The notes: generated by a model not told the origin, from the sequence alone. A DNA stretch of 64,000 nt from Syntrophobacteraceae bacterium (GCA_025454175.1 JALOOX010000002.1:52564-116563); one strand, 5' to 3'. Counted from the first letter of the stretch, positions 48,304-57,787 are shown. A program made the numbers and translations.

Positions 48304-48897
48304 ATGATGAGCGGGAGGCGCACGAAAGTGGAGCATTCAGAGCTTTGGGAACGCGACCTGGATTCAGTGTGGGGGAAGGCTTCGACGGAAGGGAAGCTGG
48401 TGCTTCTGGACTTCTTCAACCCCGAATGAGGGGGTTGCCGTCGAATGGATGCGGTCACGTATCCAGCGGATGAAGTCATGGATTGGCTGAACCGGAGGCT
48501 GGTTCCGGTGCGCGTGAGTCATGACCATGAGCCCCTGGCCGAGGATTTCGGCGTGGTGCGGACACCCTGTCTCGTTCTTCTCGACAGGCCCGGCAGGGAG
48601 CTCCATCGCAGCGAGGGTTTCCTGTCTCCCGAGGATTTCCTGGCCTTCGTTCAGCTCGGCATGGCCAAGATGAAATATGAGCGGGCCGAATTCGAGTCGG
48701 CCATGGACCTCCTTCAGGGGCTTTTCAAGAATCATCCCGAAAGCCCGTCGCTGGCCGAGGCTGTTGTGGTGCGGGGCCGATGCCGGTACAAGTACACGCA
48801 CGACCCTCGGCACCTGAAGGAAGCCCACGAGCAGCTCCGTTCCGACTTTCCGGGGAGCGGATGGGTGCGCCGCACCCTCCAGTATCGCCTCCTGTAG
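48304..48897 (+). CDS. thioredoxin-fold protein with in-frame UGA in the redox box (selenoprotein candidate, U-G-G-C)
   Basis: Track ORFs 48190-48429 and 48445-48897 share one frame and are separated only by TGA 48427-48429. Read-through gives KLVLLDFFNPE-U-GGCRRMDAVTYPADEVMDWLNRRLVPVRV...VVRTPCLVLLD, a Thioredoxin_7-like layout with Sec at the first CxxC position. A hairpin follows. The start codon is uncertain. Confidence 0.65.
48438..48469 (+). promoter_or_regulatory. candidate bacterial SECIS hairpin
   Basis: Core stem GGATGCG/CGTATCC (48447-48464) with apical loop GTCA (GGUC context), extendable by CCG/CGG. The stem base begins 18 nt after the UGA. Confidence 0.5.
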
Positions 48898-48920
48898 CGT
48901 CGACCTCCAGCTCGGAGCCC

Positions 48921-48955
48921 ATCAACCATCAACCAGGAACCAGAAACCAGAAACC
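48921..48955 (+). repeat. heptanucleotide tandem array, 5 units (ATCAACC x2, AGGAACC, AGAAACC x2)
   Basis: Exact 7-nt phasing from 48921. The array ends 18 nt upstream of the GH15 start codon, in sense orientation. Confidence 0.9.
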
Positions 48956-48973
48956 CCAAGACAAGGTCTTTCC

Positions 48974-51016
48974 ATGCCGCGCGACGTCCCCCTTGGAAAC
49001 GGCAGGCTCCTGCTTTGCTTCGACAGTGATTCTTCCGTCCGTGACCTCTATTTTCCCCATGTGGGCCAGGAAAACCATCTGAGCGGCAATGCCTGCCGCA
49101 TGGGAGTCTTTGTGGACTCGGTTTTTTCCTGGATCGGGGATGGATGGAGGAGGGAGCTCCTCTACGAGGAGGACACGCTGGTGTCCCGGGCGGACCTGTA
49201 TCACTGGGGGATGGGCCTTCTCATCACCTGTCTTGGGGTGGTGGATTTTCACGAGAACGCCCACGTGCGGGAGATCCTGGTGGAGAATCTCCGGCCCGAG
49301 CGCCGCCAGGTGAGGCTGTTTTTTTCTCAGGATTTCAACATATCGGGCAACAGCATCGGGGATACCGCCGCATTCGACCCCGGCACCCACGGAATCGTTC
49401 ACTACAAGGGAAATCGCTACTTCCTGGTGAACGGCATGACCGACCAGTCGGAGACGCTTTCCCAGTATGCCGTGGGGGTCAAGGGCGTGGGGGGCAGGGA
49501 GGGGACATTTCGGGATGCCGAGGACGGCCAACTGTCGGGGAACCCCATCGCCCAGGGGTCCGTCGATTCGGTGATCGGTCTGCACCTGGAGCTGGAAGCC
49601 CATGCGTCCGGCTCGGCTTTCTACTGGATTTGCGCGGGTGAGAACTGGGAGGCCGTTCGCCACCTGGATGGCCTGGTCCGTCACAAGCATCCGAGGGCGC
49701 TCATCAAGCGGACCGCCGACTTCTGGACGCTCTGGGTGCGCAAGGAGCCGCTGCCCGATGGCCACCTCTCCGGGAGAATCCAGGAGCAGTACCGGCGGAG
49801 CCTTCTCATCCTGAGCACACAGCTCGACTGGCGGGGAGGCATCCTGGCGGGAAACGACTCGGACGTCATCCAGTACAACCGGGACACCTATTCGTACGTG
49901 TGGCCCCGGGACGGGGCTTTGGTGGCCAATGCCCTGGACCTGGCCGGCTATCCGGCCGACGCCCGGAGGTTTTTCGATTTCGCGGCGTCGGTCCTGGACG
50001 AGGAAGGCTACTTCCTGCACAAGTACAACCCCGACGGGAGCCTGGCCTCCTCCTGGCACCCGTGGGTCGAGGGAGGGGAGCGCCAGCTTCCGATCCAGGA
50101 GGACGAGACGGCTCTGGTGCTATGGGCATTGTGGCAGCATTTCGTGCTCTACCGCGACATCGACTTCATCAAGCCCCTGTATCGCTCCCTCATCAAGCGG
50201 GCGGCGGACTTCATGGTGTCCTACCGGGATGTCGAGACCGGCCTCCCCGGTCCGTCCTACGACCTCTGGGAGGAGCGGCGGGGCATCCCGAGCTTCACCG
50301 TGGCGGCGGTTTTCGGGGGACTGACGGCGGCGTCCCTCTTCTGTGAGATCTTCGGCGAGGATGACCAGGCCCGCGTCTACAGGAAGGCGGCCTCACAGGT
50401 CCGGGACGGCGCATCCAGCCACTTGTGGCGGGAGGATCTGGGTCGCTTCTGCCGCATGATCTCCCGGCGGCGGGATGGGACCCTGGAGGTGGACGGGACC
50501 TGTGATGCGAGCCTCTGGGGGCTCTTCAGCTTCGGGGTGTACAGGCCGGACGACCCCCGCATCACGGCCACCATGACGGCCCTGCGCGAGAAGCTTTGGG
50601 TGGGCGGAGCCACGGGGGGAATGGCACGCTACGAAAACGACGATTATCATCGGGCCGGCCGCGAGGCCACGGGGAATCCGTGGTTCATCTCGACCCTCTG
50701 GCTGGCGGACCATCTCGTCGCCACCGCCCGGACCCTCGAGGACCTGCGGGGGGCCGAGGAGCTCCTCGAGTGGGCCTGCCGTCACACGCTGCCTTCGGGA
50801 GTCATGGCCGAGCAGATCCACCCACACAGCGGGCAGCCGCTTTCGGTTTCGCCCCTCACCTGGAGCCACGCCACCTTCGTGACCACCACCCAGCGGTTCA
50901 TCCTGAGAGTCGCCGAGATCGAGTCCGAGGTCACCCCGCCCCGGCGCGACGACTGGATCGGCCGCCTTTTTGCCGAAACCTGCAACGCCATCCACGGTTC
51001 CTGCAAGGTCAGGTGA
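48974..51016 (+). CDS. glycoside hydrolase family 15 (glucoamylase/glucodextranase-like)
   Basis: 680-aa ORF. N-terminus PLGNGRLLLCFDSDSSVRDLYFPHVG and a C-terminal (alpha/alpha)6-type region (WPRDGALVANAL, YDLWEER, NPWFISTLW). Confidence 0.85.
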   Translation: MPRDVPLGNGRLLLCFDSDSSVRDLYFPHVGQENHLSGNACRMGVFVDSVFSWIGDGWRRELLYEEDTLVSRADLYHWGMGLLITCLGVVDFHENAHVREILVENLRPERRQVRLFFSQDFNISGNSIGDTAAFDPGTHGIVHYKGNRYFLVNGMTDQSETLSQYAVGVKGVGGREGTFRDAEDGQLSGNPIAQGSVDSVIGLHLELEAHASGSAFYWICAGENWEAVRHLDGLVRHKHPRALIKRTADFWTLWVRKEPLPDGHLSGRIQEQYRRSLLILSTQLDWRGGILAGNDSDVIQYNRDTYSYVWPRDGALVANALDLAGYPADARRFFDFAASVLDEEGYFLHKYNPDGSLASSWHPWVEGGERQLPIQEDETALVLWALWQHFVLYRDIDFIKPLYRSLIKRAADFMVSYRDVETGLPGPSYDLWEERRGIPSFTVAAVFGGLTAASLFCEIFGEDDQARVYRKAASQVRDGASSHLWREDLGRFCRMISRRRDGTLEVDGTCDASLWGLFSFGVYRPDDPRITATMTALREKLWVGGATGGMARYENDDYHRAGREATGNPWFISTLWLADHLVATARTLEDLRGAEELLEWACRHTLPSGVMAEQIHPHSGQPLSVSPLTWSHATFVTTTQRFILRVAEIESEVTPPRRDDWIGRLFAETCNAIHGSCKVR

Positions 51017-51249
51017 GCCCGCCGCAACGTGCCGTGATTCTCAACCCCGATCACCCTCGAACCGAAAGCTCGCATCCCCATCGCTGCTCCCGCCCCGAAT
51101 GTTCTTGGAGCATTCTCCTTTCCCGGTTTATCTTTTTCCGGAATTGCGCTTGAATGGCGGGGTGCGATGCATGCCCTGGTGGTTTTTTTCATGAAGACCA
51201 TAGCCGATGAAGGACGTAACGCGGCCGGCGGGCCGGAAAGGAGGAGGGG

Positions 51250-52326
51250 ATGAGCAGGTGCCTGATGGTGGACATTGGGGCCGGGACCATGGACGTTCTC
51301 TGCCACGACGACGAGACGGGACTGCATGTCAAGGCCGTGGCTCGATCTCCCGTCCTCGAGATCTCCGAGCGGGCCTCGGAGCTTCCGGGCAACCTGCTGG
51401 TCACGGGAAAGGAGATGGGGGGCGGGGCTCTTGCGCGAATCCTGGCGAAACGGGCCGAAACCTCCGAGGTGGTGATGACCGGTTCGGCTTCCATGACCGT
51501 TCACCATGATGTCGACCGGGTTCGGTCCATGGGCATCCGGGTGGTGGACGACGCAGAGGCCGAGGAGCTCACGGCCACCGGCAGGCACAGTCACCTTCAC
51601 CTGGAAGACCTGAGCCGGGATCGTCTCGAGAGGCTCGTTACGAGCCTGGGCATCCCTTTCGATTTCGACGTCATGGGAGTCTGCGCCCAGGATCATGGAA
51701 CGCCTCCCCGCGGAGTGTCACACCTGGACTATCGGCACAGGCTCTTCCAGGACGTACTGGACGGCGAGGCGCTGCCCCATGCCCTGCTCTTTGCGGACCA
51801 TGAGGTTCCGTCGACGTTCAATCGGCTCTGCTCCATCGCCGAAAGCGCCGAGGAGTTTCCCGCCTCGGAGGTCTATGTCATGGACAGCGGCATGGCGGCC
51901 ATCCTGGGGGCGGCCATGGACCCGGAAGCCCAGGCTTCCGAGCGGTTCATGGTCCTGGACATAGCGACGTCGCACACGGTGGGGGCTGCCCTCATTGGCC
52001 TCGAGATCGCCGGATTCTTCGAGTACCACACCAACGACATCACCCTCGACAGGCTCGAAGCGCTCCTGGTGGATCTCGCCGAGGGGCGCCTTTCCCACCA
52101 GCAGATCCTGTCCGAAGGCGGCCACGGCGCCTATGTGCGCAGGCGTATCGGTTACAAGTCCGTCGAGTGCATCGTGGCGACCGGCCCTCGGCGATTTCTG
52201 GTCTCGCCCTCGGGGCTTCCCATCGTGTGGGGGGCACCCTTCGGAGACAATCTGATGACGGGCACCGTGGGGCTGCTCCAGGCCATTCGGATCCGAAAGG
52301 GCCTGGAGCCGATCTTTGTCGTTTGA
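51250..52326 (+). CDS. DUF1786-like ASKHA (actin-fold ATPase) family protein
   Basis: N-terminal phosphate-1-like LMVDIGAGTMDVL. Strong GGAAAGGAGG SD. The family is recalled from memory only. Confidence 0.55.
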   Translation: MSRCLMVDIGAGTMDVLCHDDETGLHVKAVARSPVLEISERASELPGNLLVTGKEMGGGALARILAKRAETSEVVMTGSASMTVHHDVDRVRSMGIRVVDDAEAEELTATGRHSHLHLEDLSRDRLERLVTSLGIPFDFDVMGVCAQDHGTPPRGVSHLDYRHRLFQDVLDGEALPHALLFADHEVPSTFNRLCSIAESAEEFPASEVYVMDSGMAAILGAAMDPEAQASERFMVLDIATSHTVGAALIGLEIAGFFEYHTNDITLDRLEALLVDLAEGRLSHQQILSEGGHGAYVRRRIGYKSVECIVATGPRRFLVSPSGLPIVWGAPFGDNLMTGTVGLLQAIRIRKGLEPIFVV

Positions 52327-52664
52327 CGGATCGCCGGCGGGATCGTTCCATAAGAAGCCCATGGCGGCAACGACGGAAGGCACCTCTCACGCTGGTCATG
52401 CCCGCCAGAGGCGGCATCCCATTGTTTTGACCGAAATGCCGCTTCACGGGCTCGGCAGGGTTGTTTTTCTTGCCTGTCGGGCAAAATCGGGCTTGCTTTT
52501 TGACCGCAAAGGACTAAAGTAAGCAAAAGTCAGATTGGTTCGGTATTTTGAGCTGCATCGAGGATCGGTCTTTCGCCGCAGTGTGAAACGGTTCGGAAGT
52601 TGCCCCAAAGTAGCGCGCCAGTAAGCTAAACCAAAACAGATAGAACAAGAAAGGGAACAGAAGC

Positions 52665-52865
52665 ATGGCGGAAGGTCGAGTGAAATGGTTCAATGACAGC
52701 AAGGGCTATGGATTCATCGAAAGTGACAGCGGACATGACGTTTTCGTCCACTACAGCGCCATTGAGGGCAGCGGCTTCAAGTCACTGGCCGAAGGCGACC
52801 GCGTGATGTTTGATGAGGAAAACGGAGCCAAGGGGCCCCAGGCCGCCAAGGTGAGAAAGCTCTAA
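52665..52865 (+). CDS. cold-shock protein (CspA family)
   Basis: [15 protein letters not shown] (RNP1) and VFVHYSAI (RNP2). 66 aa. Confidence 0.93.
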   Translation: MAEGRVKWFNDSKGYGFIESDSGHDVFVHYSAIEGSGFKSLAEGDRVMFDEENGAKGPQAAKVRKL

Positions 52866-52940
52866 ACGGCCAGCAACATCTCGAAATGACAGATGCGATG
52901 CATCGGCATCGATGCTGCTCGATGGGTTTATGATCTGAAA

Positions 52941-52968
52941 AGCCGGAGACAATCTCCGGCTTTTTTTT
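52941..52968 (+). terminator. intrinsic terminator of the csp gene
   Basis: AGCCGGAGA-caa-TCTCCGGCT stem followed by TTTTTTTT. Confidence 0.85.
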
Positions 52969-53107
52969 GTGGTCGCCTCTGGTCAGCCCCGGTGCACGGG
53001 CTTGTGCGAAGAAGCAGGGCAGTGATTATGGTGTAGCCGTGGCCATGAAACGCTCAATGGCGTTTCTGGATTACGGTTCAATGGTATTGCAGCCAGGAGG
53101 TTACACC

Positions 53108-53311
53108 ATGAAGCACAATGTCTGTGGATTGGAGAAATATATCCGTATGATCATCGGCGTGGCCATCATTTCGGCCGGTTTGTTCTACGGGAGCTGGCTT
53201 GGGGCCATCGGTCTCATCCCCCTCGTGACCGCCTTCGTGGGTTATTGCCCCGTGACCCATGCCCTGCGTCTTTCGAGCTGCCCCGTGGGCGAGTCGCCTT
53301 CGTCGTCCTGA
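53108..53311 (+). CDS. DUF2892 (YgaP C-terminal-like) small membrane protein
   Basis: RMIIGVAIISAGLFYGSWLGAIGLIPLVTAFVGYCPV. AGGAGG precedes ATG 53108. The upstream part of the track ORF overlaps the csp terminator. Confidence 0.7.
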   Translation: MKHNVCGLEKYIRMIIGVAIISAGLFYGSWLGAIGLIPLVTAFVGYCPVTHALRLSSCPVGESPSSS

Positions 53312-53408
53312 CCCCGCGGTTCAGGGCTGTGCCGTCGAGGCGGAAGCGCATTTCTGTGGTGGCTCCGTGATTTGATTGGTGCGCAGCCCTCCCTGAAGTC
53401 CAAAGGCT

Positions 53409-53450
53409 CCGAGGATCGCTCCCTTGATGTTCCGGGAGCGAGATCCTCGG
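53409..53450. terminator. strong hairpin between convergent DUF2892 and nifB genes (candidate bidirectional terminator)
   Basis: CCGAGGATCGCTCCC ... GGGAGCGAGATCCTCGG, about 15 bp with a 2-nt bulge. There is only a weak U-tract on either strand. Confidence 0.5.
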
Positions 53451-53490
53451 GACTGATGATTTGATCGTGGATTCGAGTTGAATACAGCCA

Positions 53491-54750
53491 TCACCCGCAT
53501 CCGGTGCCGCCGCCGCTGCATCCGGAGCCGCACTTGGTGCGCCGCTTCCTGAAGACGGCCACGTTCATGTCCCCGTGGACGGCTTCGAGACCCTCCTGGA
53601 TGAATCCGCTCATTTCCACCGGGACGATGCCGGCCCGGGCCAGCACGGCCCGCGGGTTGTCCCCGATGCCGCTGACCAGCACGGCCCGGCAGTCCTTGAG
53701 CCGTTCAGCCAGGTCCATCCATCGCCGCACGCCCCCGCCCGGCTCCGGGGCTTCCCTTTCCTCGACCATCCGGAACCCGTCGCCGTTCTTCTCCCAGATC
53801 TGCAGGCGGTGCGCTTCGCCCAGGTGCTGGTTGACCAGCATGCCCTCGAGGGTGGCCACGGCCACGTACGGGCGCTCCGACGGGAAGCATCGCTCCATCG
53901 AGCAATTCACCATGGTATCGCGGAATTCGGCGGTGCGGTCGTCCTCGAGGAGACCCACGGCGTCGGCCCGGCAGCGGGTGCAGTGGTGCATCTGGGGCAG
54001 GAGCTCTCCGGCGGCGCTCCGGATAGCCGTCATCTGGTCATGGGTCGGCTCCGGGACGTTTTCGAAAGGTGTGTCCGCGTTGGGATAGACCGGCATGCAG
54101 TTGAGAATGTCCACCCCGAGGTCCGCCATGGCCCGGGCCACTTCCACCACGTGGTCGTCGTTGATCCCCGGGATCACGATGGTATTCACCTTGACCATGA
54201 TTCCCCGGGCCTTGAGGGCTCTCACGGCCTCCATCTGGCGATCGAGGAGGACCTCGGCGGCCCGGGCTCCCCGATAGATGACCTTTCCGTCCCGCACCCA
54301 GCTGGTGATTTTCCGGCCGACAGCGGGGTCCACGGCATTGATCGTCACCGTGACATGGGTGACGCCAAGATCGGCCAGCTCGTCCACGTGGGCCGGGAGT
54401 CCCAGGCCGTTGCTCGCCAGGCAGAAGAGCATGCTCGGAAATCGAGACCGCACCAGCCGCAGGGTCTCGATGGTCTGCTCGGCATTGGCCATGGGGTCCC
54501 CCGGTCCGGCGATGCCCACCACCGTAATGGAGGGCTCTTTCTCCATGACCCGTCCGAGGTAGCTCAAGGCCTGCTCCGGGGTCAGAACGGCGCTGGTGAC
54601 TCCCGGGCGGCTCTCGTTCACGCAGTCGGTCTTTCGGTTGCAGTAGTTGCACTTGATGTTGCACGCCGGCGCCACGGGGAGGTGGACGCGTCCGCATTCC
54701 CCCTTGACCTCGACATTGAAGCATGGATGGCGATCGATTTCGAGCCTCAT
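53491..54750 (-). CDS. nifB: nitrogenase cofactor biosynthesis radical-SAM protein NifB (with C-terminal NifX-like domain)
   Basis: CNIKCNYCNRK radical-SAM box and HVTVTINAVDP. C-terminal NifX/NafY-like region (VAVATLEGMLVNQHLGEA...VLVSGIGDNP). Cys/Gly tail CGSGCSGGGTGCG. GGAGG SD. Confidence 0.93.
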   Translation of the reverse strand: MRLEIDRHPCFNVEVKGECGRVHLPVAPACNIKCNYCNRKTDCVNESRPGVTSAVLTPEQALSYLGRVMEKEPSITVVGIAGPGDPMANAEQTIETLRLVRSRFPSMLFCLASNGLGLPAHVDELADLGVTHVTVTINAVDPAVGRKITSWVRDGKVIYRGARAAEVLLDRQMEAVRALKARGIMVKVNTIVIPGINDDHVVEVARAMADLGVDILNCMPVYPNADTPFENVPEPTHDQMTAIRSAAGELLPQMHHCTRCRADAVGLLEDDRTAEFRDTMVNCSMERCFPSERPYVAVATLEGMLVNQHLGEAHRLQIWEKNGDGFRMVEEREAPEPGGGVRRWMDLAERLKDCRAVLVSGIGDNPRAVLARAGIVPVEMSGFIQEGLEAVHGDMNVAVFRKRRTKCGSGCSGGGTGCG

Positions 54751-54777
54751 GGTGTCACCTCCGCGGGGATCGATGCG

Positions 54778-56226
54778 CTACAGGTAGGTGTAGCCGACGG
54801 GAGAGTCTTCCTGTTTGCGTTCCAGCAGTTCATTGATGAGCCGGTCCAGCAGCGCAAGGGCCCCCCGGTAGCCCAGGTGCAGCGTCCGCTGTCCGCCGAA
54901 CCGGTCGTGGATGGGAAATCCCACCCGGATCAGCGGGATGTTCCAGCGGCGCGCCAGGTGATAGCCCTTGCTGTGCCCCACCAGGATGTCGGGGGAGAGC
55001 CCCCGGGCTTCTTCGGCGATCTCGTGGAAGTCCACTCCCTCGCGCACTTCCGGCGGTTCGAACAGGATGTCCCGGGTCACGGCCTCGATGGCCTCCCGAA
55101 AGCCGTTGCCGGTTCCGCCCGACGCGCAGAGCACGGGCTTCACGCCGATCTCGCAGAGGAAGGCCGTGAGGCCCACCACGAGGTCCTCCTCGCCGTAGAC
55201 CACGGCGCGCTTGCCGAACACGACTTTGTGCCCGTCCACCAAGGCGTCCAGAAGCCGGCCACGCTCGAGGGCGTGCTTTTCCGGCATGCAGATCCCGGCC
55301 ACATCCTGCAGGACCTCGAAAAACCGGTCGCTCTCGCGGAGACCGATGGGCATTCCGAGTCCATGGAGGGGTACCCCGAACCTGGCTTCCAGAAGCCCAC
55401 CGGCCGTGTCGAGCCCCCGAACCATCACGGTAGGGCCGGGTTGCGTCCCGGCCCTACGCCTTGCCGACAGGGTTCGCCCGAGCTCGATGGTTGCCCTGGA
55501 GCCACCCATGCTGACCAGGTCTCGAACTGGGGTCCCGCCGCGGGGGATCTTTTCGTAGTCCTCGAGGGCCGGTCCATCCAGGGTGTCGGAATAGTCGGGA
55601 AGCAGGATGGTCCGCAGGCCGAAGTCCGCCGTGATCTCCTTCAGGTATCGGAGGTCCGCGGGCGAGACGAAGCCGGGCAGCAGGTTGACACCATCGTGCT
55701 GCTCCGTTCCCCCCGCCAGCTGGTCCACCATGGCCCGGACGGCGGCGTGGAAGCCTTCCATGTGAGTCCCGGAGTAGCTCGGCGTCGAGACGTTCACCAG
55801 GAGGGGCAGCTCGGGGCTCCCCTCCCGGGAGGCCCATTCCTGCCGGAACGCCTTGAGGATCATGGGGACATCATCCCCGATGGTTTCGGTGAGACAGGTG
55901 GTGGCGATGCCCACGAGACCCGCACCATACTTATTCATGACGTTCACCAGCCCCTGCCTGAGGTTGGCCTCGCCGCCGTAGACGGCGTGCTTCTCTCCGA
56001 GGGAGGACGAGGCGATGTCCATGGGCTCCCGGAAGTGGCTGATGATGTAGCGCCGCATGTAGGTGGCGCAGCCCTGGGACCCGTGCAGGAAGGGGATGGC
56101 CCCCTCGATGCCTCGAAAGGCCAGGCAGGCTCCCATGGGCTTGCAGAGCTTGCATGCGTTGGTGGTCGAGACATAGGGAGAGACGGGCTGCTTCGTCGTG
56201 ATCGTCGTGGTCGGATTCGTTTCCAT
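54778..56226 (-). CDS. nifN: nitrogenase MoFe cofactor biosynthesis protein NifN
   Basis: NACKLCKPMGACLAFRGIEGAIPFLHGSQGCATYMRR is NifN/NifK-like. It follows nifE. Confidence 0.9.
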   Translation of the reverse strand: METNPTTTITTKQPVSPYVSTTNACKLCKPMGACLAFRGIEGAIPFLHGSQGCATYMRRYIISHFREPMDIASSSLGEKHAVYGGEANLRQGLVNVMNKYGAGLVGIATTCLTETIGDDVPMILKAFRQEWASREGSPELPLLVNVSTPSYSGTHMEGFHAAVRAMVDQLAGGTEQHDGVNLLPGFVSPADLRYLKEITADFGLRTILLPDYSDTLDGPALEDYEKIPRGGTPVRDLVSMGGSRATIELGRTLSARRRAGTQPGPTVMVRGLDTAGGLLEARFGVPLHGLGMPIGLRESDRFFEVLQDVAGICMPEKHALERGRLLDALVDGHKVVFGKRAVVYGEEDLVVGLTAFLCEIGVKPVLCASGGTGNGFREAIEAVTRDILFEPPEVREGVDFHEIAEEARGLSPDILVGHSKGYHLARRWNIPLIRVGFPIHDRFGGQRTLHLGYRGALALLDRLINELLERKQEDSPVGYTYL

Positions 56227-56238
56227 GGCGTGGATTCC

Positions 56239-56266
56239 GGTTTCTAGTTTCTGGTTTCTGGTTTCT
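56239..56266 (-). repeat. heptanucleotide tandem array, 4 units (sense AGAAACC AGAAACC AGAAACT AGAAACC)
   Basis: The array occupies most of the 54-nt nifE-nifN spacer and ends 12 nt upstream of the nifN ATG. Confidence 0.9.
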
Positions 56267-56280
56267 GATTGCAGCTCGCT

Positions 56281-57696
56281 TCAGGCCGACAGTCCGGCCA
56301 GCCGGGTGCACCCGCCCATGGCTTTCGACGACAGCTCGCCGCCGGAGTGGGATGACTTTCTCGGCACGAAGCGCCACACGGGGCTCATGACCGAAGTGTA
56401 GATCTCGTGGGCGAAGTGAAGCATGCCCACGAATCCCTCGAGGGGCTCCTTGCGCTCGTGGTTGTGGTCGCAGAAGCCCACTCCCAGCTTGTAGGCGATG
56501 GGCCGCTCCTTGACGCCGCCCACGAAGACGTCCACGTCCTTTTCCTTGAGGAAGGATGAAAGCTCGAGGGGGTTGGAGTCGTCCACGATGATGGTGCCCT
56601 CGTCGGTGATGTCGTGGAGCTCCTGGTAGTCCTCCTCGGTGCCGGTCTGGGAGCCCACGAGAACCACCCGCATGCCGATCAGCCGAAACGCCTTGATGAG
56701 CGAGAAGGCTTTGAAGGCTCCCCCCACGTAAATGGCCGCCTTTTTGCCCTGGAGGGCCTTTCGGTACTCCTGTAGCTTCGGGTAGAGCGTGGAAAGCTCT
56801 TCTCGGACGAGGTCCCGGGCCCGCTCCATGATGCGCGGGTCCCTGTCCTCGAAGAATCGGGCCACGCTGTAGAGGGCCTCGGCCATGTCCTCCACCCCGA
56901 AGTAGGAAACGCGGATGAAAGGGGTGCCGAAGGATTCCTGCATCATCCTGGCGAGGTCGATGGTGGCCCCGGAGCACTGGACCACGTTGAGGGCCGCGCC
57001 GTGGGCCCGCTGGAGGTCGGCCACCCGACCGTCCCCCGTGATGTTGGCCACCACCTCGATGCCCATCTTCTGGAAATAGTCTCGAATGATCCAGATCTCG
57101 CCCGCCAGGTTGAAGTCCCCGAGAATGTTGATGCTGAGAGGGGAGATGGAGTCGGTCGCGCCGGTCCCCATGAGCTGGAACATGGCCCGGCAGGCCGCGT
57201 TGTATCCCGCCCGCTTGTTGCCCTTGAAGCCCTCGGACTCGACGGGAATCACCGGGATGGACTTCTCCTCGCTCACCTTGCGGCAGACCGACTTGAGGTC
57301 GTCTCCGATGAGTCCCACGATGCAGGTCGAGTAGACGAAGGCTGCCCTGGGCTGGTGCCGGTCGATGAGCTCCGTCAGGGCTCGATGGAGCTTCTCCTCG
57401 CCGCCGAAGATGACGTCCTTCTCCTGGAGGTCCGTGGAGAAGCTCAGCCGGTGCAGCTCCGGCCCCGAGGACAGTGCCCCACGGATATCCCACGTGTAGG
57501 CGGCGCAACCGATGGGGCCGTGAACGAGGTGCACGGCGTCGGCGATGGGGTACAATACCACCCGGGAGCCGCAGAAAACGCAGGCCCGCTGGCTCACTGC
57601 CCCCGCCAGGCTGTCCCGGTCGCACGACATCTGGTAAGGCTTTTCGCCCTTGCGGTGAATCTGGTCGGCCCGCTCTTCGAATATGAGGTTTTCCAT
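56281..57696 (-). CDS. nifE: nitrogenase MoFe cofactor biosynthesis protein NifE
   Basis: CVFCGSRVVLYPIADAVHLVHGPIGCAAYTWDIRG is a NifE/NifD-like core. I use ATG 57696 (MENLIFEER), preceded by GGGAG. Confidence 0.9.
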   Translation of the reverse strand: MENLIFEERADQIHRKGEKPYQMSCDRDSLAGAVSQRACVFCGSRVVLYPIADAVHLVHGPIGCAAYTWDIRGALSSGPELHRLSFSTDLQEKDVIFGGEEKLHRALTELIDRHQPRAAFVYSTCIVGLIGDDLKSVCRKVSEEKSIPVIPVESEGFKGNKRAGYNAACRAMFQLMGTGATDSISPLSINILGDFNLAGEIWIIRDYFQKMGIEVVANITGDGRVADLQRAHGAALNVVQCSGATIDLARMMQESFGTPFIRVSYFGVEDMAEALYSVARFFEDRDPRIMERARDLVREELSTLYPKLQEYRKALQGKKAAIYVGGAFKAFSLIKAFRLIGMRVVLVGSQTGTEEDYQELHDITDEGTIIVDDSNPLELSSFLKEKDVDVFVGGVKERPIAYKLGVGFCDHNHERKEPLEGFVGMLHFAHEIYTSVMSPVWRFVPRKSSHSGGELSSKAMGGCTRLAGLSA

Positions 57697-57717
57697 GGGG
57701 AGCTCCCTGGTAAGGAC

Positions 57718-57787
57718 GGTTTCAAGTTTCAAGTTCCTGGTCTCTAGTTTCTGGTTCCTGGTTTCTGGTTCCTGGTTTCTGGTTGCG
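57718..57787 (-). repeat. heptanucleotide tandem array, 10 units
   Basis: The plus strand reads ggtttca agtttca agttcct ggtctct agtttct ggttcct ggtttct ggttcct ggtttct ggttgcg. The array ends 21 nt upstream of the nifE ATG. Confidence 0.92.

Noticed and set aside
48190-48897. Reading the two ORFs as separate small genes, or as a thioredoxin pseudogene disrupted by a nonsense mutation
   Set aside because: The stop falls exactly on the first redox cysteine position, the downstream ORF has no SD, and a SECIS-like hairpin follows. Sec recoding is therefore the more economical reading. A pseudogene cannot be fully excluded without the Sec machinery or homolog alignments.
51160-51191. Possible terminator after the GH15 gene (T7 run at 51184-51190)
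   Set aside because: I could not build a stable stem directly abutting the T-run.
53575-56247. 890-aa plus-strand ORF
   Set aside because: It is antisense to nifB and nifN. The translation is low-complexity and rich in Gly/Val/His/Asp.
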